Assembly: GCA_965116925.1 (NCBI GenBank)
Contig: OZ220744.1
Coordinates: 1,632,001 to 1,696,000 of the forward strand
Length of the DNA stretch: 64,000 nucleotides
Direction of reading: 5' to 3'
From: Candidatus Poribacteria bacterium
GTDB lineage: Bacteria; Poribacteria; WGA-4E; PCPOR2b
A program made the position numbers and the translations under genes. How positions within the stretch are numbered: position 1 is the first letter of the stretch; every line of letters begins with the position of its first letter. Positions 28,129-37,658 of this stretch are shown one piece after another. The notes below the pieces were generated by a model. That model ran no database searches. It was not told the origin of the DNA and was given only the letters and a program-made list of their open reading frames with translations.

Positions 28129-29061
28129 CTACTCCCATGAAATACTCTCCATAGTAATATGTAAATCTCGTTCTGTAGGAATAGTATAAACAGAAGTTGT
28201 ATTGATGTTAGAATGCCCTAATATTTTTGCAACCCTATCAATGGATTGCCCGGCATCAATAAGATTCTTTGCACAGGTATGCCTAAATACATGTGGAGAC
28301 AAGTTGTCTATTTTTGCGTTATAGGCATATTTCTGTATGATGTAGCGAACACCACGATCCGTCAGGGGCATCCGTTTCTGTCCGTAAAACAGAAAACGGT
28401 CTCGTTCAGGATTTGAACCAGCTACCGACATCATCTCTCCGTTGCTATTAAGTGACTTCAGATAATCCCTCAGAACACCTATGGCAGTTGAGTTTAATGG
28501 GATATTGCGCCGTTTTGTTCCCTTGCCCTCGCGAACTGTAACCATATTACTATTTGTTGATATTCTAATATCAGAAACTCTTAAATTACAAAGTTCGCTA
28601 ACACGCATGCCGGTATGCAGCAGCATTGTAATAATTGCTAAATCTCTCATATTTCCCGATCTACGTACTGCTCTTAGTAATCCCAGTTGCTCTTTGCGTT
28701 CGAGTGCCCGTGGTGCAAGCGGTTCTTCGGCAACACTCCGTATACCTTCGGCGGGGTTACTCGGAATAAGGTCGTGTTGTTGTGCCCACTGGCAGAAGCT
28801 TGATATACTAATCAAACTACGATTAATCGTTGATGGCTTCTTACCCCGGTCCAGCAGTGCATTCCGATAGTCAATTATCTCCATCGGAGTGACGTTTTCA
28901 AGATTCAGCGGTTCCCCGGTGATCTGTTGGAACCACCGTGAAAATGAGTTGAGATCTGCCATGTACGCCTTGATAGTTTGTTCGGACTTATCCTGATCAT
29001 AAAGATAATCGCGATAATCCTGTAATAAATCGTCCAATTTTCGTACCTCCTTATCGGACAT
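28129..29061 (-). CDS. Tyrosine recombinase (Xer/TnpI-like) with N-terminal SAM-like domain
   Basis: Intact catalytic set: TGMRVSE (R), EGKGTK (K), HVFRH, LGHS, SVYT (Y). Confidence 0.93.
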   Translation of the reverse strand: MSDKEVRKLDDLLQDYRDYLYDQDKSEQTIKAYMADLNSFSRWFQQITGEPLNLENVTPMEIIDYRNALLDRGKKPSTINRSLISISSFCQWAQQHDLIPSNPAEGIRSVAEEPLAPRALERKEQLGLLRAVRRSGNMRDLAIITMLLHTGMRVSELCNLRVSDIRISTNSNMVTVREGKGTKRRNIPLNSTAIGVLRDYLKSLNSNGEMMSVAGSNPERDRFLFYGQKRMPLTDRGVRYIIQKYAYNAKIDNLSPHVFRHTCAKNLIDAGQSIDRVAKILGHSNINTTSVYTIPTERDLHITMESISWE

Positions 29062-29176
29062 TTTTTTTGAGAATTCAGTGTTTATGGGGGTTAGAACGCC
29101 GTAATGTTGGGATTCGTTTCACTTATCGGATATTTTTCGGGGAAATAATGTCCGATAAGATTAGTTATCGGACATT
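29050..29176. other. Putative recombination site: symmetric core plus two accessory direct repeats
   Basis: AATGTCCGATAA-gattag-TTATCGGACATT (29147-29176); CTTATCGGATATT (29122-29134); CTTATCGGACATT (29050-29062, overlaps the recombinase ATG). Confidence 0.8.
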
Positions 29177-29301
29177 TTACGGAAGAAGGGGTAGTAGTTA
29201 GTATTAAAATGGCTGATTTTATGATTTTACCGTAAATTCGATTCCACATCAATACTTTTCTCGTCACTCATTCGCAGGTTTGTTCGTTTATGTGTTTGGA
29301 C

Positions 29302-29330
29302 TTGACATCAAATTCGATGAATGCTATCAT
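29302..29330 (+). promoter_or_regulatory. Sigma-70-type promoter for ruvX-mltG
   Basis: TTGACA-17-TATCAT with extended TG. Confidence 0.6.
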
Positions 29331-29444
29331 CCAAATATCAAGTACTTTGATGAACAGATAGAACCATTACTGCTCCCGCAAGCGAACGCGAGTGATGATG
29401 GTGGTTATATTAACTCTCAAAATTGTGAATCATGTTTCACCATT

Positions 29445-29903
29445 ATGTCAATCATTCTTGGGTTAGATATTGGCGATGTACGAACTGGTGTCGCCATCAG
29501 TGATGAATTAGGTATTGCTGCCCATCCACTCTGCACAATTCAACGGAAAAGTAGAAACGCCGTGCTAGCAGAGTTACGGGAATTGGTTACTGCCCACAAA
29601 GTCGAGCAGATTGTCGTAGGATTGCCACTTCAACTCGATGGTGAAACAGGGAGGCAAGCGAAAAAGGTAAAACGGTTTGCAGAAAAATTAAAGCAGCAAG
29701 TCAATCTGCCAATTATTTTCTGGGACGAAAGTTTTACCACCGTTGAAGCTGCACAGATCTTGCGGGGGACCAAAAAACGGCGGAAGAAACGGAAGCAGGT
29801 TATAGATCAGGTTGCCGCTGTACTGATTCTTGACGGATATTTGGAGGAACTACGCAATTCACGCGGGAAAGGTCAAGTCAACGAGTATGAATCATGCCAT
29901 TAA
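29445..29903 (+). CDS. ruvX: Holliday junction resolvase-like / pre-16S rRNA nuclease YqgF
   Basis: ILGLDIGDVRTGVAISD, VVGLP, WDESFTT, IDQVAAVLIL. Start placed at MSIILG. Confidence 0.92.
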   Translation: MSIILGLDIGDVRTGVAISDELGIAAHPLCTIQRKSRNAVLAELRELVTAHKVEQIVVGLPLQLDGETGRQAKKVKRFAEKLKQQVNLPIIFWDESFTTVEAAQILRGTKKRRKKRKQVIDQVAAVLILDGYLEELRNSRGKGQVNEYESCH

Positions 29904-29974
29904 CGGATTATTACACATACGTTCTAATCCATACACCGATTTTAAATTACTTGACTTTTTTGGAATAGACCTCA

Positions 29975-31021
29975 ATGAAATCACCAAATCTCCGCAAAAA
30001 CGTGCCGTGGTATATTTCGATCATTCTCTTTAGCATATCAATCCTCAGTAGTTTCGCAATTTTAATCACGATATTCTATATGGTGCGCTATTTAGCCCCT
30101 GTCGATGCAAATGCCAAACCTGTGGAGTTAAAAATTGTTCGTGGCATGAGTTCACAGGCAATAGCGGATCAGCTTGCCCATAATAAGTTAATTCACAATC
30201 CATGGGCTTTCCTGTTTGTTTCTCATTTCAGTGATGCAAATCACCGATTACAGGTAGGAACTTATCGTCTCAGCGGAGCAATGAGTATACCACAGATTAT
30301 TGACCACCTCAAAACTGGGAAAGTGGTCATGCAACAATTTGTGGTGCCTGAGGGTTTAACGGTTGTGCAAATTGGGAAACTTTGGCAAAAAGCTGGATTT
30401 GGAACAGCGGCAGCGTTCAACCAAGCCGCGAGCGACCCAAAGTGGCTGCACAAATATAGAATCGAAGGGAACACACTAGAGGGCTACCTATTTCCAAATA
30501 CATACCAATTTCCTGATGGTGCAACACCGCAGGCGATCATCCAGATAATGCTGGCGGAATTTGACCGACGATGGACGGTTGAGTTCACTGAGGAAGCCAA
30601 GGCACTCGGATTCTCCAAACATCAGATTATTACACTAGCTTCTATTATTGAGGCAGAGGCACGAGTCTCAGATGAACGTCCTTTAGTTTCTGCTGTTTTT
30701 CACAATCGCCTGCGTCGCGGTTGGAAACTTCAAGCGGATCCAACTGCGCTCTACGGTTTGGGAAATCCGGATCGACCGCCCAGAGCAGCAGATCTTAGAG
30801 TTGATTCACCTTATAACACCTATATTCATAAGGGGTTACCACCGGGACCTATCTGCAATCCGGGTATGGCTTCAATTTTAGCAGCACTCCGTCCTACTTC
30901 AGTTGATTACATGTACTTCGTTGCTATAGGTGATGGCAGGCATCATTTTTCTAAGACATTAAGGGAACATCAAAACATGATCAACAAAATAAGGCGGAAT
31001 CGCAGGTCGATTGCCGATTGA
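29975..31021 (+). CDS. mltG: Endolytic transglycosylase MltG
   Basis: LEGYLFPNTY, LASIIEAE, LQADPT, SPYNTY...GLPPGPICNPG. Confidence 0.95.
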   Translation: MKSPNLRKNVPWYISIILFSISILSSFAILITIFYMVRYLAPVDANAKPVELKIVRGMSSQAIADQLAHNKLIHNPWAFLFVSHFSDANHRLQVGTYRLSGAMSIPQIIDHLKTGKVVMQQFVVPEGLTVVQIGKLWQKAGFGTAAAFNQAASDPKWLHKYRIEGNTLEGYLFPNTYQFPDGATPQAIIQIMLAEFDRRWTVEFTEEAKALGFSKHQIITLASIIEAEARVSDERPLVSAVFHNRLRRGWKLQADPTALYGLGNPDRPPRAADLRVDSPYNTYIHKGLPPGPICNPGMASILAALRPTSVDYMYFVAIGDGRHHFSKTLREHQNMINKIRRNRRSIAD

Positions 31022-31140
31022 AAAGAATCTGAATATGGAGACCACACGCCTACAACTCCAGATTAGATGTCGCCCAAGTGTACATGAACGCTTCAACTGA
31101 CAATTATTAATCTCCAACCACACGAAAGGGCATACACCTT

Positions 31141-32418
31141 TTGGCTTCACAACAGACTATTCAAAATGAGGTAACTATCTCAGGAACCGGTTTGATGCTT
31201 GGCGAGCCAGTCAACCTCACATTCAAGCCGGCACCAGCAGATCACGGTATTGTGTTTCATCGGATAGATCTGCCCGAAGAACCGACAGTCCAAGTCTGCC
31301 CCGATAACTACGAGGCAATCATTCCCCGCTGTACAAGCCTCCGCGCCGGGGATGCGGCGGTCAACAGCGTTGAACATCTGTTGTCCGCATTAGCTGGCAT
31401 GGGCATCGATAACCTGCAAGTCGATATCGATGCGCCAGAGTGCCCAGCGTTAGACGGCAGTGCATTACCGTATGTCCAGATCCTGCAGCGGGCAGAGATA
31501 ATCCAACAAGATGCCCCACGCGCCCCCATTGAGTTGACAGACCCGTTCGCCGCTTATGACGAGGACAAACAGCTCATCCTACTCCCCGCGGATTCTTTTC
31601 AAATATCCTTTGTGTACGATCATCCGAAACTTCCTGCTCAAGTTGCGAACCTCACGATAGATCCAGAAACCTACATGACTGAAATTGCGCCTGCACGCAG
31701 TTTTTGCTTTGCTGACGAAATCGAATTGCTTAGAGACCAAGGGATCGGCAAGGGAGCAAGTTATGATAATGTCCTTGTTATTGAAGATGATGGACGCACC
31801 AGTAGCGAATTGAGGTTTGCAAATGAGTTTGTCCGGCATAAAATGCTAGACTTGATTGGTGATCTTTACTTAGTCGGAAAACTACCCCAAGCCCAAGTCG
31901 TTGCGCTAAAGTCGGGGCATACGCTTCACGCACAACTTATCCTATCAATGGTGGAGAAAGGACTGATACAACAGCAAGAGCCTATTGAAATTATGGATAT
32001 CTTGGAAGTATTGCCTCACCGCTATCCGATGTGTATGTTGGATCGAATTATCGAAGTTGAGCAAGGCAAACGGGCGGTCGGCATCAAGAATCTTAGTTTT
32101 AATGAGCCTTTTTTTCAAGGGCATTTTCCGGAACAACCCGTCATGCCCGGCGTCCTACAGATGGAGGCATTGGCACAACTTGGAGCATGGTTGTTGTTAA
32201 AAGAGCTAGGGGCTGAAGGGCAAGTCGGGTATTTTGTGTCAATTAAGGAAGCGAAGTTTAGACGCCCGGTTGTACCGGGCGATCAGCTTCGGCTAGAAAT
32301 CGAAATCCTTCGCAGGCGCCGGACATGGGCGCGGCTTGGCGGCAAAGCGTATGTCGGCGATCAACTTGCAGCGGAAGGAGAATTGTCAATCGCTCTAGGA
32401 CAGGAATCAGCGGGATAA
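31141..32418 (+). CDS. lpxC: Bifunctional LpxC / FabZ
   Basis: VEHLLSAL and RHKMLDLIGD (LpxC); LPHRYP and FFQGHFP..PVMPGVL (FabZ). Confidence 0.93.
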   Translation: MASQQTIQNEVTISGTGLMLGEPVNLTFKPAPADHGIVFHRIDLPEEPTVQVCPDNYEAIIPRCTSLRAGDAAVNSVEHLLSALAGMGIDNLQVDIDAPECPALDGSALPYVQILQRAEIIQQDAPRAPIELTDPFAAYDEDKQLILLPADSFQISFVYDHPKLPAQVANLTIDPETYMTEIAPARSFCFADEIELLRDQGIGKGASYDNVLVIEDDGRTSSELRFANEFVRHKMLDLIGDLYLVGKLPQAQVVALKSGHTLHAQLILSMVEKGLIQQQEPIEIMDILEVLPHRYPMCMLDRIIEVEQGKRAVGIKNLSFNEPFFQGHFPEQPVMPGVLQMEALAQLGAWLLLKELGAEGQVGYFVSIKEAKFRRPVVPGDQLRLEIEILRRRRTWARLGGKAYVGDQLAAEGELSIALGQESAG

Positions 32419-32516
32419 GCAAACAACTGATTGGTGTATTCAGTCGAATTGAATCTATCGCGTTCCGGTATTTCTCTGTGATTTATGGAACCGCATACTA
32501 AAAAAGGAGAGCAGCG

Positions 32517-33308
32517 GTGACAAAGATTCATGAAACTGCCATCATCCATCCGAAAGCCGAACTAGACCAAAACGTTGAAGTCGGCCCCTTCTCGATTATC
32601 AGTGAGGATGTGCAGATCGGTCAGGGGACCGTAGTCGGACCACATGTCCAAATCGACCGGTGGACGACCATCGGTGAAGATTGTCAAATTTTCTTCGGCT
32701 CTACAATCGGGAACCCTTCAAAAGACCTCAAGTATGGCGGTTGGCGAAGTTATACCCGAATTGGCAATCGAAATATCCTACGCGAATACGTTTCGATTTC
32801 TAGAGCCACGATGGAGGACAGCACAACAATCATCGGCGATAACAACCTGCTCATGAACTGGGTTAATATCGCCCACGATACAGTTGTCGGAAGTCGAATC
32901 ATTATGGCGAACTTCGCGACAATTGCAGGACATGTCCTCATTGAGGACGATGCACGGATTGGTGCTCATGCTGCAATTCACCAGTTCGTTCGCATTGGCA
33001 AAATGGCAATGGTTGGTGCATGCTCGAAATTTGTGCAGGACGTACCGCCATTTACTATAGCTGATGGACATCCCGCCCGGGTGCGCAGCTTAAATATTGT
33101 TGGGCTTGGCACTTCACAAGTTCACCCAATGGCATCACTCTCCCCTGAAACCATCAGACATCTCAAAAGTGCCTATCGCGTGCTATTCCGCAGCAAAGTC
33201 AATCTCACAGAAGCAATCGCACGTGTAAGGAGCGAAGGTGAACCGGACGTAGAAGTCGAATATCTTCTGAATTTTATTGAGAATTCCAATCGTGGAATCG
33301 GCGTTTAA
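32517..33308 (+). CDS. lpxA: UDP-N-acetylglucosamine O-acyltransferase
   Basis: Hexapeptide repeats, IAHD, IHQFVRIG, QDVPPF. Confidence 0.93.
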   Translation: MTKIHETAIIHPKAELDQNVEVGPFSIISEDVQIGQGTVVGPHVQIDRWTTIGEDCQIFFGSTIGNPSKDLKYGGWRSYTRIGNRNILREYVSISRATMEDSTTIIGDNNLLMNWVNIAHDTVVGSRIIMANFATIAGHVLIEDDARIGAHAAIHQFVRIGKMAMVGACSKFVQDVPPFTIADGHPARVRSLNIVGLGTSQVHPMASLSPETIRHLKSAYRVLFRSKVNLTEAIARVRSEGEPDVEVEYLLNFIENSNRGIGV

Positions 33309-33334
33309 CAGAAAATAGATGCAAGAGGACAGCA

Positions 33335-34138
33335 TTGGAAAAACTGGGGCTTATCGCTGGGGCTGGCGATTTACCGCTACTGCTCGCACAATCAGCATTA
33401 GAACAAGACCGGATGCCGATTGTTATTCAGATAACTCAACCTGCCTCCGAACAACTTGAAAGCATTGCCTCAGAGACGTATTCGTTCGGCATTGGTCAGG
33501 TTCAGAAGATCACAAAAACGCTGCTCGATTCAAGTGTCCGAGAACTGGCAATTATCGGAAAAATTGATACAAGCATCCTGTTTCGTCCCTTTCTAGTAGA
33601 CCCTACAGCTGTCAAGATTCTAGCGCGAAATCGCAACAAAGGCACTCACGCTATCGTTGCTGCAGTGATTGAACACTTTGAATCGAAAGGAATTAGTGTA
33701 GTTGAGCAGCATCGATTTTTACGGGGGTTGATGCCAGCGGCAGGTGTATTGACAAAAAGGCAACCAACTCAATCCCAGTGGCTGGATGTAAAGTACGGGA
33801 TGCAACTTGCGCGTCAGACAGCAGATTTGGGAATTGGGCAGACTGTCGTCGTTAAGAATATGATGGCAGTCGCGATTGAAGCCATTGAGGGAACGGATGA
33901 AGCGATAAAACGGGGCGGTACACTCGGTGGTAAAGGAGTTGTCGTTGCAAAAGCTGCGGCGACAGACCACGATTTTCGCGTCGATGTGCCAACGGTCGGA
34001 GATCAAACATTAGAAACCCTGCAAGCAGTTGGCGGAGGTGTACTCGCTGTTGAAGCAGGACGGACGTTTGTTATGAATCAACCCGTTCTTTGCGAACAGG
34101 CGGATCAGTGGAAAATTCCCATTGTCGCTTTGGCTTAA
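33335..34138 (+). CDS. lpxI: UDP-2,3-diacylglucosamine diphosphatase LpxI
   Basis: LGLIAGAGDLP, IGQTVVV, AIEAIEGTD, DFRVDVPTVG. Confidence 0.9.
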   Translation: MEKLGLIAGAGDLPLLLAQSALEQDRMPIVIQITQPASEQLESIASETYSFGIGQVQKITKTLLDSSVRELAIIGKIDTSILFRPFLVDPTAVKILARNRNKGTHAIVAAVIEHFESKGISVVEQHRFLRGLMPAAGVLTKRQPTQSQWLDVKYGMQLARQTADLGIGQTVVVKNMMAVAIEAIEGTDEAIKRGGTLGGKGVVVAKAAATDHDFRVDVPTVGDQTLETLQAVGGGVLAVEAGRTFVMNQPVLCEQADQWKIPIVALA

Positions 34139-34188
34139 TCTGTTAAAAAGCGTGTCAGTTTCACCTAGCGAGGTGAGATGTAAGATTC

Positions 34189-34225
34189 ACCCGTGGCGGC
34201 CATGTCGTTAGCCACGGGTTTTTTT
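34189..34225 (+). terminator. Intrinsic terminator after the lpx operon
   Basis: ACCCGTGGC/GCCACGGGT stem followed by a T run. Confidence 0.7.
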
Positions 34226-34237
34226 GTGCCATATTTA

Positions 34238-35368
34238 TCACAATTCCATAACATTGGTGTTAGTCAGGTAAGGGGAATCAAAGTGAGTGAGCTCACCAGC
34301 GTTCAAGCCGGGCACAGGAAACAGGCGGGCAGAGAGGGGTTTTTCCCATCGAATCGAAAGAGAAGTCACATCGGTAAGGATGCCGCATATTTGACTAATG
34401 AAAGCATCGCCGGGAATCGGAATTGTGTCGAGTCCGGTGCCACAGACAGCTGAGTAGAGCAGTAAACTATCTAGATTAAAACACCCTTCGCGGCTACGAT
34501 TTCCTAGTGCTTCATCCTCAAGGACTGGGAGCATCAAACCTGAATATCCGCATCGTGGCAAATTCAGCGAATCGAGGGTCGCCGTTATTGCAGCTGCAAC
34601 AGTTAGCGTGCCCCTTTCCCCAAATCTTCCGGGAAGTAGAGTCTCAATTGCGCCGGCGATGCTTTCAGTTCCCATTGGAGCCGGCGAGACATCCACTCCT
34701 ACGAACCGAATCCCAACTTCTTTCGCGACCTCTTCAGCAAGAGCTACAATCTGCTTTCCTTCGTGTTCCATCAGGTCTTTCAACCGCATTGATGCAATCT
34801 CTATATTTGGTGCATCAACAAATGCTTCATGAACAAGATCGGCTGCCTGCCAACCGATTCCGAGGTTGAAACCTTCGTCTTGCCAATACGCAGCGGGAAA
34901 AAAGGGCGTGTTAGGCGGACAATTCATTGTCGCCGCAAAACGTAGATTCCCAAGCCCGTCAGCCGTTTTGTGGGCAATCTGTTGCATGGCTGAGGCTGTC
35001 TTTTCGGCTGCTTCCCACGCAATCTGTTGGCCAAAGGTTGTCAATGTGGCCGATGTAAAGAGGGTATGACTTTGAGAAATGATATCTGGAACAAGAGCAA
35101 GATGGGTAGGCGTCTGCGGGAGGTTAGGAAAAATTGTGCCTAAACTAAAAAAATCGCTTCCTAACTCAACAACACGCCGGTCCAATTCAAGGACCTGATC
35201 TAGGTTGGATATTGCACCCCACGCCTGACTGCTCACCCGCGTGGTTTGGACCTCATATCCATTCGCTTCAAAGTCACTCTGACAACGAAGACTGAAATCC
35301 ACTGCGAATTCCAACTGTTCACGAGAAAAAGCGTCAGGTATTCCTACGGTTACGGTTCGGATTTTCAT
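34238..35368 (-). CDS. DUF711 family protein
   Basis: MKIRTVT, GYEVQTTR, PFFPAAY, GYSGLMLPVLED, SAVCGTGLDTIP. Confidence 0.85.
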   Translation of the reverse strand: MKIRTVTVGIPDAFSREQLEFAVDFSLRCQSDFEANGYEVQTTRVSSQAWGAISNLDQVLELDRRVVELGSDFFSLGTIFPNLPQTPTHLALVPDIISQSHTLFTSATLTTFGQQIAWEAAEKTASAMQQIAHKTADGLGNLRFAATMNCPPNTPFFPAAYWQDEGFNLGIGWQAADLVHEAFVDAPNIEIASMRLKDLMEHEGKQIVALAEEVAKEVGIRFVGVDVSPAPMGTESIAGAIETLLPGRFGERGTLTVAAAITATLDSLNLPRCGYSGLMLPVLEDEALGNRSREGCFNLDSLLLYSAVCGTGLDTIPIPGDAFISQICGILTDVTSLSIRWEKPLSARLFPVPGLNAGELTHFDSPYLTNTNVMEL

Positions 35369-36327
35369 AACTCACCGTAAACTCCAATTTTCCGGTAACG
35401 TTCACGTCGTTGTTCAACCAGGAATGTCGAGTCAATTTCTATCAACTGTTTGAGATGTTTCCGAATTGCGGTTTTAACGCGTCTCGCCGCTAGTTCAATA
35501 TCCCGGTGGGCGCCACCAAGCGGCTCGCGGATAACCTCGTCAATGACACCAAATTTCAACAGATCTTCGGCTGTTGGTTTGTAACCTTCTGTTGCTTCTG
35601 GGGCGCGCTCCCCCTCATCTTTCCACACAATACTACTACATACCTCAGGTGCGGCGACACAATAAATAGCGTATTCCATCATCAGGACACGATCCCCAAT
35701 AGCGATGGCTAACGCGCCGCCGCTTCCACCTTCACCAATTACCACAACGATAATCGGGACGCGCAATGTGCACATCTGAGCGAGATTCTCAGCAATCGCT
35801 ATCGACTGTCCGCGTTCCTCCGATTCCGCATCGTAATGTGCCCCACGCGTGTCGACAAAACAGATTAGGGGGCGATTGAATTTTTCTGCGAGAAGCATCA
35901 AACGTCGTGCCTTGCGATATCCCTCCGGACGGGTATACCCAAAGTTCATCTCTTGGCGTTCCTTGATGTTCGTCCCTTTCTGCTGGGCGAGGTAAACAAT
36001 GGGTTGACCGTCGAACCAAGCGAATCCACCAATCAAAGCCCTGTCATCAGCATACAGCCGGTCACCACGTAACTCAATCGGGTCTTCAAGCATTGCCTCA
36101 ATATAGACGGGGGCTTGGGGACGTTCTGCATGTCTTGACAACCACACTTTATCCCACCGTGACACCTTCTGAAAGGCTTGTCTTGTGAGATCTTTTGTGT
36201 TCTCGTCAAGTGCTGCAATCGCCTTTGTGAGATCCAATTCAGGATGTATTTTAGCAAATGCCTTCAACTGAGCGGCATATTGATTCAATTCAAGCAACGG
36301 TTGTTCAAAATCTAAAAGACTTCGCAT
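35365..36327 (-). CDS. accA: Acetyl-CoA carboxylase carboxyltransferase alpha
   Basis: LDFEQP, PEGYRKA, IGEGGSGGALA, EPLGGAHRD. Confidence 0.95.
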   Translation of the reverse strand: MRSLLDFEQPLLELNQYAAQLKAFAKIHPELDLTKAIAALDENTKDLTRQAFQKVSRWDKVWLSRHAERPQAPVYIEAMLEDPIELRGDRLYADDRALIGGFAWFDGQPIVYLAQQKGTNIKERQEMNFGYTRPEGYRKARRLMLLAEKFNRPLICFVDTRGAHYDAESEERGQSIAIAENLAQMCTLRVPIIVVVIGEGGSGGALAIAIGDRVLMMEYAIYCVAAPEVCSSIVWKDEGERAPEATEGYKPTAEDLLKFGVIDEVIREPLGGAHRDIELAARRVKTAIRKHLKQLIEIDSTFLVEQRRERYRKIGVYGEL

Positions 36328-36436
36328 AATTCAGATTCTCTATTGATAACGGATAACGAGTTATACGTAAGATTATTCCGCATTACGCAGCTTTGCGCTG
36401 AGGTCTCTGCGCCTCTGCGGTAAGTTCTATTTCTAG

Positions 36437-37480
36437 TCAATTTTCGGTGGTTTCTCGCCGTTCAAACAGAGCTTCAACAAAATCACGCCCAACAAAATCA
36501 CGGAGATCATCCAACCTTTCACCAATCCCAATTAATCTTACCGGCGCACCAATCTCCTGTTTTACAGCAATAACAATTCCACCCTTTGCTGTGCCGTCTA
36601 GCTTGGTCACAGCAACACCGGTGATCGGCACTGCTTCATTGAAAACCTTTGCCTGCATAATTGCATTCTGTCCTGCTGTTCCATCAAGGACAAGCAGCAC
36701 TTCATGCGGTGCCGCTGGGATTGCACGCCCCATCACCCGTCCAATCTTCGATAGCTCATCCATCAACGGTTTTTTTGTGTGAAGCCTACCAGCAGTATCA
36801 ACGATAAGTAGATCCGCCTGACGAGATTTTGCTGCCTCAATGGCATCAAAGACAACCGATGCCGGATCTGCTCCTTCACCACCTTGGATGAGTTCTACAC
36901 CGGCGCGATCACACCAGATTGCCAACTGATCTGCCGCCGCTGCCCGGAAGGTGTCCCCTGCAGCAACAACCACCCGATTGCCCTCGGATCTGAAACGGTG
37001 TGCTAACTTACCGATGGTCGTCGTTTTTCCCGCACCATTGATTCCGAGCACCAAGATCGTATACGGATGCCCTCCATCAACGCTGATGGGAGCATCTTCC
37101 CCAAGCACATTCAACATCTCCCGCTTGAGAATCTCTGCCAAATCAGACGCATCGTTGAGGCCTTTCTCCCTGACGACCTCGCGGACATTATCCATTAGTT
37201 CGAGCGTAGTGTTGACACCAACATCCGCTTGGATCAAAATTTCCTCAATCTCCTCCATCAATTCTTCATCAATTGTCCTACCAACGCGTAGCAATCCGGA
37301 GATTTGCCCAAGGATGTTATTTCGGGTTTTGGATAATCCCTCTCTGAGGCGACTAAACCAGCTACCTTCTTTCTCAGGTGTTGCTTCAGATGCCAGCGAT
37401 TCAGTTGCAGGTTCCTCAACCTTAATCTGTTGTTCTTCCGATAAATCATCTGTTTTCCGATTGAATAAATTTCTAAGCAT
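36437..37480 (-). CDS. ftsY: Signal recognition particle receptor
   Basis: GINGAGKTT, DTFRAAA, DTAGRLH, TKLDGTAKGG. Confidence 0.97.
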   Translation of the reverse strand: MLRNLFNRKTDDLSEEQQIKVEEPATESLASEATPEKEGSWFSRLREGLSKTRNNILGQISGLLRVGRTIDEELMEEIEEILIQADVGVNTTLELMDNVREVVREKGLNDASDLAEILKREMLNVLGEDAPISVDGGHPYTILVLGINGAGKTTTIGKLAHRFRSEGNRVVVAAGDTFRAAAADQLAIWCDRAGVELIQGGEGADPASVVFDAIEAAKSRQADLLIVDTAGRLHTKKPLMDELSKIGRVMGRAIPAAPHEVLLVLDGTAGQNAIMQAKVFNEAVPITGVAVTKLDGTAKGGIVIAVKQEIGAPVRLIGIGERLDDLRDFVGRDFVEALFERRETTEN

Positions 37481-37586
37481 TTATCTTTCCATTATCACCA
37501 AATTCCTTAACTATTATAAAAGGGACACCTACATCTTTTTCCTCTAACATATTATACATCAACAAAGCCAAGAACAAAACAAAAAT

Positions 37587-37615
37587 TTGACATCCCTCCG
37601 AGCGCGTCATATAAT
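37587..37615 (+). promoter_or_regulatory. Consensus sigma-70 promoter
   Basis: Perfect TTGACA-17-TATAAT upstream of rhamnulokinase. Confidence 0.8.
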
Positions 37616-37658
37616 ACCAACTTTGAACTGAACCCAGAATTGTACAGCGAGGAATGAA

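Noticed and set aside
27603..29176. Prophage or integron
   Set aside because: No phage genes, no attC cassette array, no evident IntI-specific insertion, and no adjacent tRNA.
31141..32418. LpxC-FabZ fusion as a novelty
   Set aside because: A known fusion in several phyla, e.g. Bacteroidota.
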